DNA of 62,621 bases, from the NCBI GenBank assembly GCA_947311115.1, contig CAMZKE010000007.1, positions 1 to 62,621 on the forward strand, given 5' to 3'. A model generated the notes under the pieces. It did no database searches, had not been told where the DNA came from, and worked only from the letters and a program-made list of their open reading frames with translations. Within the stretch, counting starts at the first letter, position 1. Each line of letters starts with the position of its first letter. Shown in pieces: positions 41,005 through 51,494 of this stretch. This DNA is from an uncultured Bacteroidales bacterium. Lineage in GTDB: Bacteria > Bacteroidota > Bacteroidia > Bacteroidales > JAFGXI01. The position numbers and the translations under genes are program-made.

Positions 41005-41892
41005 ATGAATTTTCGATTAAAGATATTTAAAAAGGTAGCAGAAAGGTTAAGTTTTACAAAAGCAGCTAAAGAGTTATTTATAACGCAACCTGCTGTAACA
41101 AAGCATATAAAAATACTTGAAGAGGAGTTTAATATAAAGCTTTTTATCCGAAAAGGAAACAAGATAGAGTTAACAGAGGCTGGTAATATTTTATTGAAAT
41201 ATGCAAACAATATTGAAAATACTTACAATCAATTAAATTTTGAATTGAATATTTTAACTCAAAAACAAAAAGGAAAGATTAAAATTGGTGCGAGTACAAC
41301 AATTACACAATATGTATTGCCTAAATTGATGGCTAATTTTAAGTCTAAATTTAAAGATTTATCGGTAAGTGTAATAAATGGAAACACCGAACAAATAGAA
41401 AAAGCGTTGAATAATAACGAAATAAATTTAGGGATTATTGAGGGACGTTCTAAACGTAGCGAATTTAGTTACACTGAATTTCTGAAAGATGAAATTGTTT
41501 TGGTTGCCAAAAGCTCAAATAAAATTTCTAAAAAACCGGAGCTTAGTTTATCGGAACTACAAAAGTTACCAATAGTTATACGCGAAGAAGGTTCGGGAAC
41601 ACTAGAAGTAATCTCGTATTATTTAAAACAAAAGAATATAAATTTAACCGATTTGTTTATTGAAATGCAATTTGGGAGTACCGAAGGTATCAAAAATTAT
41701 ATACTAAACTCTGATAGATTTGCATTTTTATCTATTCAAAGTGTAATTAATGAATTAAAGCGAAACGAATTAAGCATTATTGATATTGCTGATTTTGAAA
41801 TTAAAAGAAATTTCAACTTTATTGTACCTATAGGACAACAAAATAAAATTTCAGATTTATTTATCAAATTCACTAGTCATTATAACTTTTAG
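41005..41892 (+). CDS. LysR family regulator (YeiE/CysL-like)
   Basis: SFTKAAKELFITQPAVTKHIK.LE, IGASTTI, REEGSGT. Confidence 0.92.
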   Translation: MNFRLKIFKKVAERLSFTKAAKELFITQPAVTKHIKILEEEFNIKLFIRKGNKIELTEAGNILLKYANNIENTYNQLNFELNILTQKQKGKIKIGASTTITQYVLPKLMANFKSKFKDLSVSVINGNTEQIEKALNNNEINLGIIEGRSKRSEFSYTEFLKDEIVLVAKSSNKISKKPELSLSELQKLPIVIREEGSGTLEVISYYLKQKNINLTDLFIEMQFGSTEGIKNYILNSDRFAFLSIQSVINELKRNELSIIDIADFEIKRNFNFIVPIGQQNKISDLFIKFTSHYNF

Positions 41893-41916
41893 TTATTCAG
41901 TATATCTTTTTATGAT
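41882..41916 (+). promoter_or_regulatory. Putative LysR operator upstream of yeeE-yeiH
   Basis: Perfect ATAAC-N5-GTTAT (T-N11-A) overlapping the lysR stop, with a degenerate second site 20 bp downstream. Confidence 0.6.
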
Positions 41917-41980
41917 TAGTTTCATACTATAGTTTCCCGTTATTTTGCATTAAATAATTATAAATATAAAATTTGCAAAA

Positions 41981-42994
41981 ATGGGAACAATACTTATGAT
42001 TTTTTTGTTTGGTAGTGCATTTGGCTTAATAATTCAATATGCAAGTTTAAACAAGTATAATGTAATTAGTGCTCAATCTGAATTGAAAAATAATACTGTT
42101 TTAAAAACAATATTATTAACTATTGGTATAGGTGCAATATTACTTAGTGTTATAATTGGTTTTAACTTGGCTAGTTTTCACGTAAAACCTTTTGTATTAG
42201 GTGGAGTTGTTTTTGGCGGATTAATATTTGGTAGCGGAATGGCAATATTAGGATATTGTCCGGGCACACTTGCTATTTCTGTGGGAGAAGGCTCTTTAGA
42301 TGCTCTAGTTGGAATTATTGGAGGTTTGTTTGGGGGCTTATTTTTTACCATTTTACTACCTAATATACAATGGCTTATTGGGTTAAATTTGGGTAAAATA
42401 TCATTATTTTCTGCAATAGGAGACTATCATATAATATATTACACTACAGTTTCTGCTATTAGTATTATATTAATATATTTTTCTTTTTTAATAAATAAAA
42501 AAGAAAAAAATACTAATAAAAAATGGATTGTTTCAGGAGTTCTTTTAGCATTTTTAAATAGTATAGTTTTTTTATCGGCAACAACAAACCGTCCTATTGG
42601 TGCGTCAACAAGTTTTCCTTATATAGCTGATATATTATCAACAACAACAAATAATACTTATTTTTCAAAAATTTCAACACCAGGCAATTGGGAAATGATA
42701 TTTTTGTTTGGGGCCATGATTGCAGCCTTTATTGTATCTGTTATTAAAAAAGAATTTAAATTTCGTTTAATTTATTCTAATTGGGAAAAACAAAAGGGTA
42801 GTTCAAAAATTAAAAGAATAATATGGGCTTTTGTTGGTGGTTTTATATTAATTTTTGGAGCTAGAATGGCTGGCGGTTGTACAAGTGGGCACATAATTTC
42901 TGGTGGTATGCAACTGGCTTTAAGTAGTTTTGTATTTGCCATATTTATGTTTGTTGGGTTAGTTATTACAGGTAAATTATTTTTTAGTAAATAA
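41981..42994 (+). CDS. YeeE/YedE thiosulfate/sulfur transporter family protein
   Basis: GGLIFG.GMA.LGYCPGT and FGARMAGGCTSGH..SG motifs, multiple TM helices. Confidence 0.88.
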   Translation: MGTILMIFLFGSAFGLIIQYASLNKYNVISAQSELKNNTVLKTILLTIGIGAILLSVIIGFNLASFHVKPFVLGGVVFGGLIFGSGMAILGYCPGTLAISVGEGSLDALVGIIGGLFGGLFFTILLPNIQWLIGLNLGKISLFSAIGDYHIIYYTTVSAISIILIYFSFLINKKEKNTNKKWIVSGVLLAFLNSIVFLSATTNRPIGASTSFPYIADILSTTTNNTYFSKISTPGNWEMIFLFGAMIAAFIVSVIKKEFKFRLIYSNWEKQKGSSKIKRIIWAFVGGFILIFGARMAGGCTSGHIISGGMQLALSSFVFAIFMFVGLVITGKLFFSK

Positions 42995-43007
42995 TATTAA
43001 AAGATAG

Positions 43008-43982
43008 GTGAAATTTCTACTAGGGATATTGTTAACTGTATTAATTGCAATTATAGCTATTGGCTTATCTATATATATTCCAATGGGTGCAGTAACATTA
43101 GGAATTGTTTTTGGTATTATAATTGGAAATACTTTTACGATAGGTGATTATTTTTCAAGTGGAATAAAGTTTAGCGGAAAAAATATTTTATCACTTGCAA
43201 TTATTTTAATGGGGGTTAATCTAAATTTTGGAGTTATTCAGGAGTTAGGAATCAGGTCATTAGTAATGATTGTACTATCAATTACATTTACAATTTTTAC
43301 AGCAATATTTTTATCAAAGATATTTAAATTAAATTCAAACTTAGGTTTACTTCTTGGAATTGGAAACGGAATTTGTGGTAGTTCTGCAATTGCTGCCACA
43401 GAGCAAATTATAGGTGCTAAAGAAGATGAGCTTGGATTATCGGTAGCTATTGTAAATTTTTTAGGAACAATAGGGATTTTTTTACTTCCTTTTATTTCCA
43501 AAATATTATTTAATTTTCCTGATATCCATTCAGCATTTTTAATAGGCGATACATTACAGGCTGTAGGGCAGGTTATTGCATCTGGTTTTTCTATTAACAG
43601 TGCAGTTGGTAACACTGCGACTATAATAAAAATGATGCGTATTTTAATGTTAACACCTGTTGTACTTAGTTTAATTGTTATATTTTATAAAAAAAGAAAA
43701 AATACAAAAACTAAATCTTTTCAGAAAAAATCTTTTCCTTTTTTTGTTATTGGTTTTATTTTAATGTCATTAATTCCGAGCTTTAATTTATTACCCGAAA
43801 ATTTAATACATATTGTAGGAAAAACCAGCCATTTCTTTTTAGTAATTGCGATGGTAGGTATTGGATTGAAAGTCAATTTTTCGAGTATATTAAAAAATGG
43901 CTCAAAGGCTTTACTCGTTGGTAGTTTAGTGTTTATATTTCAAATAATATTTGCCATTTCGTTAATTAAAATATTTTTATAG
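43008..43982 (+). CDS. YeiH / UPF0324 putative sulfate exporter family protein
   Basis: GIGNGICGSSAIAA, KM.R...L.P, P.FV.GF, AM.GIGL. Confidence 0.88.
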   Translation: MKFLLGILLTVLIAIIAIGLSIYIPMGAVTLGIVFGIIIGNTFTIGDYFSSGIKFSGKNILSLAIILMGVNLNFGVIQELGIRSLVMIVLSITFTIFTAIFLSKIFKLNSNLGLLLGIGNGICGSSAIAATEQIIGAKEDELGLSVAIVNFLGTIGIFLLPFISKILFNFPDIHSAFLIGDTLQAVGQVIASGFSINSAVGNTATIIKMMRILMLTPVVLSLIVIFYKKRKNTKTKSFQKKSFPFFVIGFILMSLIPSFNLLPENLIHIVGKTSHFFLVIAMVGIGLKVNFSSILKNGSKALLVGSLVFIFQIIFAISLIKIFL

Positions 43983-44061
43983 CGTTAACTATATAAAAAT
44001 AAACTGAAACACATTGGTATTGTTTTAATTATATTTATTATGGTGTTGTTTTATTACAAAA

Positions 44062-46494
44062 CTATCTCTCTATAGCATACATTGCCATTCTTAACTCTCC
44101 GTAAGTGTATTTATCGTTAAGTTTAGCTTTAAGGTCAGTTAAATTATCAAATTTAGTTTGTTTTATTTCGTAAATTAAATTATTGGCTTGTTTTACTCCA
44201 ATAATATCGCTTAAATTTAATTTACCTTCTTTAATATAATGAGCTAAATGGCTTTGGATTGTACCTTCAACAAGTTCACGTTTTTTTGCAATTTCTGATA
44301 TTGAAAGGCCATCTTTAAGCATATTATAACTTATTTCCTTGGTGTTTTCACTAGGCTTTTTCTTAGGCTCGTCAATATTATCTTGAGGTTCTATATTATT
44401 TTCTTGGCAATATTCTTTCACAATTTCAGTAATTTCAAACCCATATTTCTGAACTCTAATTTTACCCATTCCTTTAACTTTTCGTAATTGTTTTTCGGTT
44501 ACGGGCAATGCTTCACAAATGCCGTATAAAGTTTCTTGAGTAAAAATCTGAAAATGGTCAATTCCTAATTGCTCAGCAAATCGGTGGCGAAGCTGACGTA
44601 AAGCACTAAATAATTTGGGGTTAGAGCCTTTGTCTGAATAATCGCGTTTTGTTTTAGTGCCTTTAGTTTTAATTAATGCAGCTTCTGCTCTAAGTTTTAA
44701 ATATTTATCGGTTGAAAATCCACAATCTTTTAGTCCGTTAAAACATAATAATTTACCTTCAATAAATTCATTAATTCGTTTTAATTGTTCTTTAATTTCT
44801 TTGTTAATCTCCTTATTATCGGTTGAGTATGTAAGTTTTTCTAATTGCGTTACAATATGCTCATTTGTTTGTTCAAGAAAATAATTTACAGCTTTATTTA
44901 TTCTTTGTTGTATTTCTGTATCTTTTTCAGGATTTGCGATATTTGCGCTCATTTTTGCTAGTTGATTTTTAAATCCATCAGCAATTCTAACAAGATTTGT
45001 AAGTCCATTATCTTTAATAATTTTTAATGGTGCCGAAATATTTCCTTTTATACTATGTCCGGCATTATATACAGCTTTTACACAACGGTTAACCGGATAA
45101 AATAGCTGACGGTAATTAAAAAGTTCATCAATTAAATTTAACTGATAATTCTTTTTTGAAATGTCTAAATCTATATTTGTTGGAGGGTTGTCTTCAACGT
45201 TTTTTGTAAATGATATTACTTTTGTGTCTTGTATTATACTGTGCTTGTCAATAGGGCGTTTTAGTACAATTCCCTCAAGTGTTTTGCAACGGCTTAGCGC
45301 TACGTATGTTTGTCCGTGAGCAAACGACGATGTTACATCAATAATTGCTTTGTCGAAAGTTAAACCTTGACTTTTATGTATAGTAATTGCCCAAGCCAAA
45401 CGTAATGGTATTTGCGAAAAAGTTCCTTTTACTTTTTCTTCAATTTCTTTGGTAGTATTATTTAGAGTAAAATTTATATTTTCCCATTTCTCAGGTTCTG
45501 TAATTATTTCAGAAGTATCGTTAGGGCATTTTACAACTACTTTTTCGCCATCAAACCTAACAATTTTCCCAATTTTCCCATTGTAATATCGTTTTTCGAA
45601 CGAGCTATCGTTTTTAATAAACATAACTTGTGCTCCAACTTTTAACTCTAAGCTAAAATGTGTTGGATAAGTGTGTTCTGGAAAATCACCGTCAATGCTT
45701 GCAATAGCTTTTTGAGAGGCTCCTTTTAGTTTACTTAATTTGGTATTGTTAATGTTGTCAGCCTGATTGTTGTGAGTTGTTAGGGTAATATATCCTTCAT
45801 CATCTGTTGGGTCAAAATTTTCGATATATCGTTTGTTTAATTCATTTAAAGATGAATCGGTTAATCTATTATTTCTTATTTCGTTAAGTATATTAATAAA
45901 TGCCTCATTTTTTTGACGATAAATATGTTTAAGTTCAATTCCGATAGGGTTTGATTGTTGAAAAGCCCTGCTACTAAAAAAATATGCTGTTTTATAATAT
46001 GCTTGTAATAATTGCCATTCGTTTGGCTTTACAACAGGCGAAAGTTGTTGTAAATCGCCAATCATAAGCACTTGCACTCCTCCAAAAACTTTATCTCTAT
46101 TTTTGTACCGTCTTAATACTTGGTCAATTCCATCGAGTAAATCGGCTCTAACCATACTTATTTCATCAATAATAAGAAGGTCTAACGAACGTATTATATC
46201 AATTTTTTTGCGATTAAATTTTTTGTCACTTGGTTTGTTATTTTCGTTTATGCCTGCACCTTCGGGTAAAATAGGACCAAAAGCCATTTGAAAAAACGAG
46301 TGAATTGTAACTCCTTTTGCATTTATAGCAGCCACGCCGGTAGGGGCAACTATTACATTTCGTTTAAACGATTCGGTTCTAATTTTATGTAAAAAAGTTG
46401 TTTTACCTGTACCGGCTTTTCCTGTTAAAAAAATATTTCGGTCTGTTTTTTCAACAAAATTCCAAGCTAAGTCTAATTCTTTGTTATCAATCAT
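44062..46494 (-). CDS. Pif1/RecD-like helicase with HRDC and C-terminal HTH domains
   Basis: FLTGKAGTGKTT, APTGVAA, IIDEISMVRAD, GDLQQL, PLRLAWAITIHKSQGLTFD, YVALSR; HRDC (VKGMGK.R..KYG); HTH (EIAKKREL..GTI.SHL). Confidence 0.9.
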   Translation of the reverse strand: MIDNKELDLAWNFVEKTDRNIFLTGKAGTGKTTFLHKIRTESFKRNVIVAPTGVAAINAKGVTIHSFFQMAFGPILPEGAGINENNKPSDKKFNRKKIDIIRSLDLLIIDEISMVRADLLDGIDQVLRRYKNRDKVFGGVQVLMIGDLQQLSPVVKPNEWQLLQAYYKTAYFFSSRAFQQSNPIGIELKHIYRQKNEAFINILNEIRNNRLTDSSLNELNKRYIENFDPTDDEGYITLTTHNNQADNINNTKLSKLKGASQKAIASIDGDFPEHTYPTHFSLELKVGAQVMFIKNDSSFEKRYYNGKIGKIVRFDGEKVVVKCPNDTSEIITEPEKWENINFTLNNTTKEIEEKVKGTFSQIPLRLAWAITIHKSQGLTFDKAIIDVTSSFAHGQTYVALSRCKTLEGIVLKRPIDKHSIIQDTKVISFTKNVEDNPPTNIDLDISKKNYQLNLIDELFNYRQLFYPVNRCVKAVYNAGHSIKGNISAPLKIIKDNGLTNLVRIADGFKNQLAKMSANIANPEKDTEIQQRINKAVNYFLEQTNEHIVTQLEKLTYSTDNKEINKEIKEQLKRINEFIEGKLLCFNGLKDCGFSTDKYLKLRAEAALIKTKGTKTKRDYSDKGSNPKLFSALRQLRHRFAEQLGIDHFQIFTQETLYGICEALPVTEKQLRKVKGMGKIRVQKYGFEITEIVKEYCQENNIEPQDNIDEPKKKPSENTKEISYNMLKDGLSISEIAKKRELVEGTIQSHLAHYIKEGKLNLSDIIGVKQANNLIYEIKQTKFDNLTDLKAKLNDKYTYGELRMAMYAIER

Positions 46495-46497
46495 AAT

Positions 46498-46926
46498 TTA
46501 TTTTAGAAAATTAGTAATTTCTTTCTGAATTTTTTTCTGAATATTGGGATTGTCTTTTAAATTGGTAACAGCAATAATTTCTTTTAATACTTTAAGTTTT
46601 GTAATAAATTCATTAGTATTGATATTTAAACTATCAATTTTTAATAAATAATCAATATTAGGCAGATTTATTAGTTTTATACTATCTTCTGTTTTATTTG
46701 ATATTAAAGTAATGTTATGAGTGTCGTTAACTGATTGGTATTTTGAAAACAACAAATCATCATTAATTCCTTTTTTTGTCATCAAATAATCATCGGTTTT
46801 ACTTAAATTTATTTTTAATTCATTATTCAATATCCAGCTAAGTTTATAGTCGTTTAGTTGGCTAGTAATTCCGTAAAGCAGAACACTTTCGTTAGTTTCT
46901 GTTATTTTTATTTTTGTTTTAGGCAT
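46498..46926 (-). CDS. IPExxxVDY family protein
   Basis: L.GI.S...DYKL.W.LN..L.I.L, LISNK, IDYLLKI. Confidence 0.7.
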   Translation of the reverse strand: MPKTKIKITETNESVLLYGITSQLNDYKLSWILNNELKINLSKTDDYLMTKKGINDDLLFSKYQSVNDTHNITLISNKTEDSIKLINLPNIDYLLKIDSLNINTNEFITKLKVLKEIIAVTNLKDNPNIQKKIQKEITNFLK

Positions 46927-47078
46927 TAAATATTTTTAGTAAAAATACAAAAAATATTTAATGCTTGATTTATTTATTATAAAATTTATAAAAAAAGGAG
47001 GTGAATGTATTTACTGTAAACTAGCGAAGTATCGTTATGGAATAATAATACTTTGGTTTGTCGCCTCGTTTCAGAAAA

Positions 47079-47104
47079 AGAAAAAAGCATGAATAATCAG
47101 GGTT
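47079..47104. repeat. Short copy related to the terminal repeat
   Basis: 47079-47097 equals window positions 1-19 exactly. The overlapping TAATCAGGGTT differs by one base from the element terminus TAATCCGGGTT. Confidence 0.5.
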
Positions 47105-47173
47105 AAACTTTAAATATATCAATAATTCGGCATTAATTTAGGTCAAATTTACAATAATACATACCTTTGAAAA

Positions 47174-48022
47174 ATGACTTTAACAGATATAAAAAATTAT
47201 ATAATTGATTATCTTTTTGATATTTACGATTATAATGAAGCGGAGAGTATAGCCTATATTATTCTTGAAGATGAGCTTAATTTGTCGAAAATTGACTTAA
47301 TAATAAATGCAAATAATATTGTTAACGAAAAATCTGTTGATAAAATTCAAGAAATACTTGTTCAATTAGAGCAAAATAAACCAATACAGTATATTTTAGG
47401 ATATGCATATTTTTACGATTTGAAATTTAAGCTTAACAAGCATACACTAATACCACGTCAGGAAACCGAGCTTTTAGTTCATCAAATTATTGAAAAAAAT
47501 AAAGCAATAAAAGATTTACATATTTTTGATATAGGGACAGGAACAGGTTGTATAGCAATAAGTTTAGCAAAAAATTTAATAGCAAATGTTACCGCTGTTG
47601 ATTTATCGGAAAAAGCCATTGAAACAGCAAAACAAAATGCCAAAATAAACAATGTGAAAGTAACATTTAATTTATTCGATATATTAAAAAACAAGAATGA
47701 AACTTGTGATAAAAAATACGATATAATTGTTAGTAATCCACCTTATGTTACAAATACAGAAAAGAAACAAATGCAAAATAATGTTTTAAATTTTGAGCCT
47801 CACTCTGCACTTTTTGTTGATGATAATAATCCGCTTGAATTTTACAAAGCAATTAGCATTTTTGCAAAAAACAACTTGAATATAAACGGTCAGTTATGGT
47901 TTGAAATAAATGAGCAGTTTGGGCAAGAAACAAAGTTGTTATTAGAGCAGAATGGGTTTAATAATGTAAAAATAATTAAAGATTTAAACGAAAAAGATAG
48001 AATTGTTTGTGGTAAAAAATAA
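47174..48022 (+). CDS. prmC: Peptide chain release factor N(5)-glutamine methyltransferase
   Basis: PIQYILG, LIPRQETE, DIGTGTGCIA, IVSNPPY, EPH.ALF. Promoter TACCTTTG at 47162-47169. Confidence 0.95.
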   Translation: MTLTDIKNYIIDYLFDIYDYNEAESIAYIILEDELNLSKIDLIINANNIVNEKSVDKIQEILVQLEQNKPIQYILGYAYFYDLKFKLNKHTLIPRQETELLVHQIIEKNKAIKDLHIFDIGTGTGCIAISLAKNLIANVTAVDLSEKAIETAKQNAKINNVKVTFNLFDILKNKNETCDKKYDIIVSNPPYVTNTEKKQMQNNVLNFEPHSALFVDDNNPLEFYKAISIFAKNNLNINGQLWFEINEQFGQETKLLLEQNGFNNVKIIKDLNEKDRIVCGKK

Positions 48023-48053
48023 AAATTTAACTTTGCACAGTAAACAAGTTTAA

Positions 48054-51000
48054 ATGATATTAAAAGAGTATAAAAATCATAAGTTATTTCCTGAAATTCT
48101 AGAAAATTTACGGCAAAAAGAACAATCAAAATCCTTTTTTAAAGGTTTATTAGGTTCTTCAGCAAGTTTGTTAATAGCCAATTTATGTGAAGAAATTAAT
48201 TCAAATAAACTAATAATTATTGATGGACACGAAGCAGCAGCATATTTTTATAACGATTTATCAACTGTAATATCTTCAGAAAAACTTTTGTTTTTACCTT
48301 CGTCTTATAAGCGAATGGTAAAGGAAGACCAAAAGGACACATCGGCTATGTTAATGCGAACCGATGCACTCAGTAAAATTGCAAACGGACGTAAAAATTA
48401 TACCATTGTTACTTACGCCGAGGCTTTAAGCGAAAAAGTTGTGTCAAAATCAACCTTAGAAACAAATACTTTGCCTCTAAAAGTAGGTTTGCAAATAGAT
48501 ATTGAGTTTATTGTAGAAACTCTTTACGAGTATAATTTTGAAAAAGTAGATTTTGTTTTCGAGCCGGGTCAGTTTGCCGTACGTGGCGGAATTGTCGATA
48601 TTTTTTCTTTTTCTAGTGAATTTCCTATTAGACTGGATTTTTTTGGCGATGAAATAGATAGTATTAAAACTTTCGATATCGAAAATCAGTTATCATTAAA
48701 AAAACTTACATCAATAGCTATTATTCCTGATTTACAAACAGATGTGTCAAACGAAAAGCATATACCGTTTTATGATTTTATAAAAGACAATACTTTAATT
48801 TTTGCTTACGATATTGAATATTTAAAAGGGGCAAACGAAAAATTATATAACGAAACAGAGAAAAATTTTAATATAGAGGAAACAACCATAAATCCTGAAA
48901 AATATTTATTAAATAACGCCGAATTTTTAAATGTTTTTGAGAAGTTTACAAGTGTAGAATTTGGTTCACGAAATTATTTTAAAACAAAAATTATATTTGA
49001 ATTTAATACAAGTTTACAACCTAATTTTAATAAAAACTTTGAACTATTATATGAGAACTTCCTAGAAAATACAAATAATTTATATAGAAATATAGTATTT
49101 TCGGAAAATAGCAGACAAATAGAACGATTACGTTCAATTTTCGACGAAAAGCAAGCTATTGTAGAGTTCGAGCTTTTAGAAATAGGTTTACATAATGGTT
49201 TTGTTGATAATGACTTACGAATTGCATTTTATACCGATCATCAAATATTTGAACGTTATCATAAATATAAACTTAAAACAAAATTTTCACGTAAAGCATC
49301 GTTTTCATTATCAGAATTAAATAGTTTACAAAAAGGAGATTATGTTGTTCATCAAGACCATGGAATTGGTATTTTTGGTGGGTTAATGACCCTACAAAAC
49401 AACGGGAAACCTCAAGAAGTTATAAAACTAATTTATAAAAACAGCGATGAGCTTTTTGTTAGTATTCATTCGCTTCACCGTATATCTAAATATAAAAGTA
49501 AAGAAGGCTCAGAACCAAAAATATATCAACTAGGAAGTGGGGCTTGGGATAAACTTAAAAAGAAAACTAAAAGTAAGGTTAAAGATATTGCAAAAGAGTT
49601 AATTGAACTATATGCAAAACGTAGGCATCAAAAAGGATATACATTTTCGCCAGATACATTTATGCAAGATGAGCTAGAAGCATCGTTCTTTTTTGAGGAT
49701 ACACCAGACCAAGAAAAAGCCACTAAAGCATTTAAAGAAGATATGGAAAGCGACACTCCAATGGATAGGCTTGTGTGTGGCGATGTTGGCTTTGGTAAAA
49801 CCGAAATTGCAATTCGTGCTGCATTTAAAGCTGTTGCCGATAGCAAACAGGTTGCAATTTTAGTGCCAACAACAATTTTGGCTTTCCAGCATTATAATAC
49901 TTTTAAAGATAGATTGCGTGATTTTCCTGTAAATATAAATTACCTCAGCAGGTTACGTACAGCAAAACAGCAAACCCAAATTAAAAAAGATTTAGCCGAT
50001 GGTAAAATTGATATAATAATTGGAACTCATAAAATTGTTGGAAAAGATATTCGTTTTAAAGACCTTGGTTTACTTATAATTGATGAGGAGCAAAAATTTG
50101 GTGTTGCTGTAAAAGAAAAACTTAGAAATTTTAAACTAAATGTTGATACTCTCACTCTTACAGCTACGCCAATACCTCGAACCCTTCAATTTTCAATGAT
50201 GGGAGCTCGCGATTTATCGGTAATAAACACTGCACCAACAAACCGTTATCCAATACAAACCGAAGTGCATACTTTTAACGAAGATATAATAAGAGAAGCT
50301 ATAAATTATGAGATAGATAGAGGAGGTCAGGTGTTCTTTATACACAATAGAGTACAAAATATTTATGAAGTTGAGGCAATGATAAAACGAATTTGCCCGG
50401 GAGTAAAAACCGTTGTTGCTCATGGGCAGATGGAAGGTCCGAAACTTGAAAAACTTATGCTTGATTTTATTGATGGCGATTTTGGGGTGCTTATTGCCAC
50501 AACAATTATTGAAAGTGGGCTTGATATTCCTAATGCAAATACTATAATTATAAATAATGCTCAAAATTTTGGTTTGAGTACTCTGCATCAATTGCGTGGT
50601 AGGGTTGGGCGTACTAACAAAAAGGCATTTGCTTACTTTTTAGCACCGCCACCTATATCGCTTTCGGGTGAGGCTCGTAGGCGATTAAAAGCAATTCAAG
50701 ATTTCTCTGAACTTGGCTCAGGTTTTAATATTGCACTGCAAGATTTAGATATTCGTGGAGCCGGAAATTTGCTTGGAGGCGAACAATCCGGTTTTATTGC
50801 CGATATTGGTTTCGATACATATCATAAAATATTAAATGAAGCAATTCAAGAAATAAAAGAGCAAGAATATAAAGAACTTTTAAGCTCTGATAACGATGAT
50901 GATGGAAAGCAAATTGATGAAAATTTCAAATTTGTAACAAATTGTCAAATCGATACTGATTTAGAAATATTATTTCCTCACGAATATATTGAAAGTATTT

Positions 51001-51386
51001 CGGAACGAATTAAACTTTATCGAGAGTTAGATAATTTACAAAACGAAGACGAAATATCAGCTTTTGAGAAACTACTTATTGATCGTTTTGGCGAAATACC
51101 GAAGCAAACTGTTGAACTTATAGATGTTGTACGTTTGCGTTGGAAAGCTATGAGTATTGCAATTGAAAAAATAATTATTAAAAACGGTAAAATGATTTGC
51201 TATTTTGTTTCCGACCAAGAGTCACCATTTTATCAATCACAAAAGTTTGTTAATATTATTAATCAAATGCACTTACTTCAAAAAGTAGCATCAATGAAAG
51301 AGAAAAATGGAAAAAATATTCTTGCTTTCGATAATGTTAAAAATATTTCTAAAGCTAATGATTTGTTGAGTAAATTGATTTGTTAA
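48054..51386 (+). CDS. mfd: Transcription-repair coupling factor
   Basis: GQFAVRGGIVD, GDYVVH.DHGIG, MDRLVCGDVGFGKTE, DEEQKFGV, TATPIPRTL, HQLRGRVGR, DLDIRGAGNLLG. Confidence 0.97.
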   Translation: MILKEYKNHKLFPEILENLRQKEQSKSFFKGLLGSSASLLIANLCEEINSNKLIIIDGHEAAAYFYNDLSTVISSEKLLFLPSSYKRMVKEDQKDTSAMLMRTDALSKIANGRKNYTIVTYAEALSEKVVSKSTLETNTLPLKVGLQIDIEFIVETLYEYNFEKVDFVFEPGQFAVRGGIVDIFSFSSEFPIRLDFFGDEIDSIKTFDIENQLSLKKLTSIAIIPDLQTDVSNEKHIPFYDFIKDNTLIFAYDIEYLKGANEKLYNETEKNFNIEETTINPEKYLLNNAEFLNVFEKFTSVEFGSRNYFKTKIIFEFNTSLQPNFNKNFELLYENFLENTNNLYRNIVFSENSRQIERLRSIFDEKQAIVEFELLEIGLHNGFVDNDLRIAFYTDHQIFERYHKYKLKTKFSRKASFSLSELNSLQKGDYVVHQDHGIGIFGGLMTLQNNGKPQEVIKLIYKNSDELFVSIHSLHRISKYKSKEGSEPKIYQLGSGAWDKLKKKTKSKVKDIAKELIELYAKRRHQKGYTFSPDTFMQDELEASFFFEDTPDQEKATKAFKEDMESDTPMDRLVCGDVGFGKTEIAIRAAFKAVADSKQVAILVPTTILAFQHYNTFKDRLRDFPVNINYLSRLRTAKQQTQIKKDLADGKIDIIIGTHKIVGKDIRFKDLGLLIIDEEQKFGVAVKEKLRNFKLNVDTLTLTATPIPRTLQFSMMGARDLSVINTAPTNRYPIQTEVHTFNEDIIREAINYEIDRGGQVFFIHNRVQNIYEVEAMIKRICPGVKTVVAHGQMEGPKLEKLMLDFIDGDFGVLIATTIIESGLDIPNANTIIINNAQNFGLSTLHQLRGRVGRTNKKAFAYFLAPPPISLSGEARRRLKAIQDFSELGSGFNIALQDLDIRGAGNLLGGEQSGFIADIGFDTYHKILNEAIQEIKEQEYKELLSSDNDDDGKQIDENFKFVTNCQIDTDLEILFPHEYIESISERIKLYRELDNLQNEDEISAFEKLLIDRFGEIPKQTVELIDVVRLRWKAMSIAIEKIIIKNGKMICYFVSDQESPFYQSQKFVNIINQMHLLQKVASMKEKNGKNILAFDNVKNISKANDLLSKLIC

Positions 51387-51494
51387 CCTGAGATTTTTTT
51401 AATATGTTTTAAATAATAGTAATTTATTGTATTTTGAATCAATTAAGCAACATTTTTATTTATATAACGTAAATTTTACACAAATAATAAAAAC

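Noticed and set aside
44062-46926. Helicase plus small gene as a possible defence system
   Set aside because: Pif1-like HRDC/HTH helicases and IPExxxVDY proteins are common Bacteroidota housekeeping-type genes. No nuclease or effector partner is adjacent.
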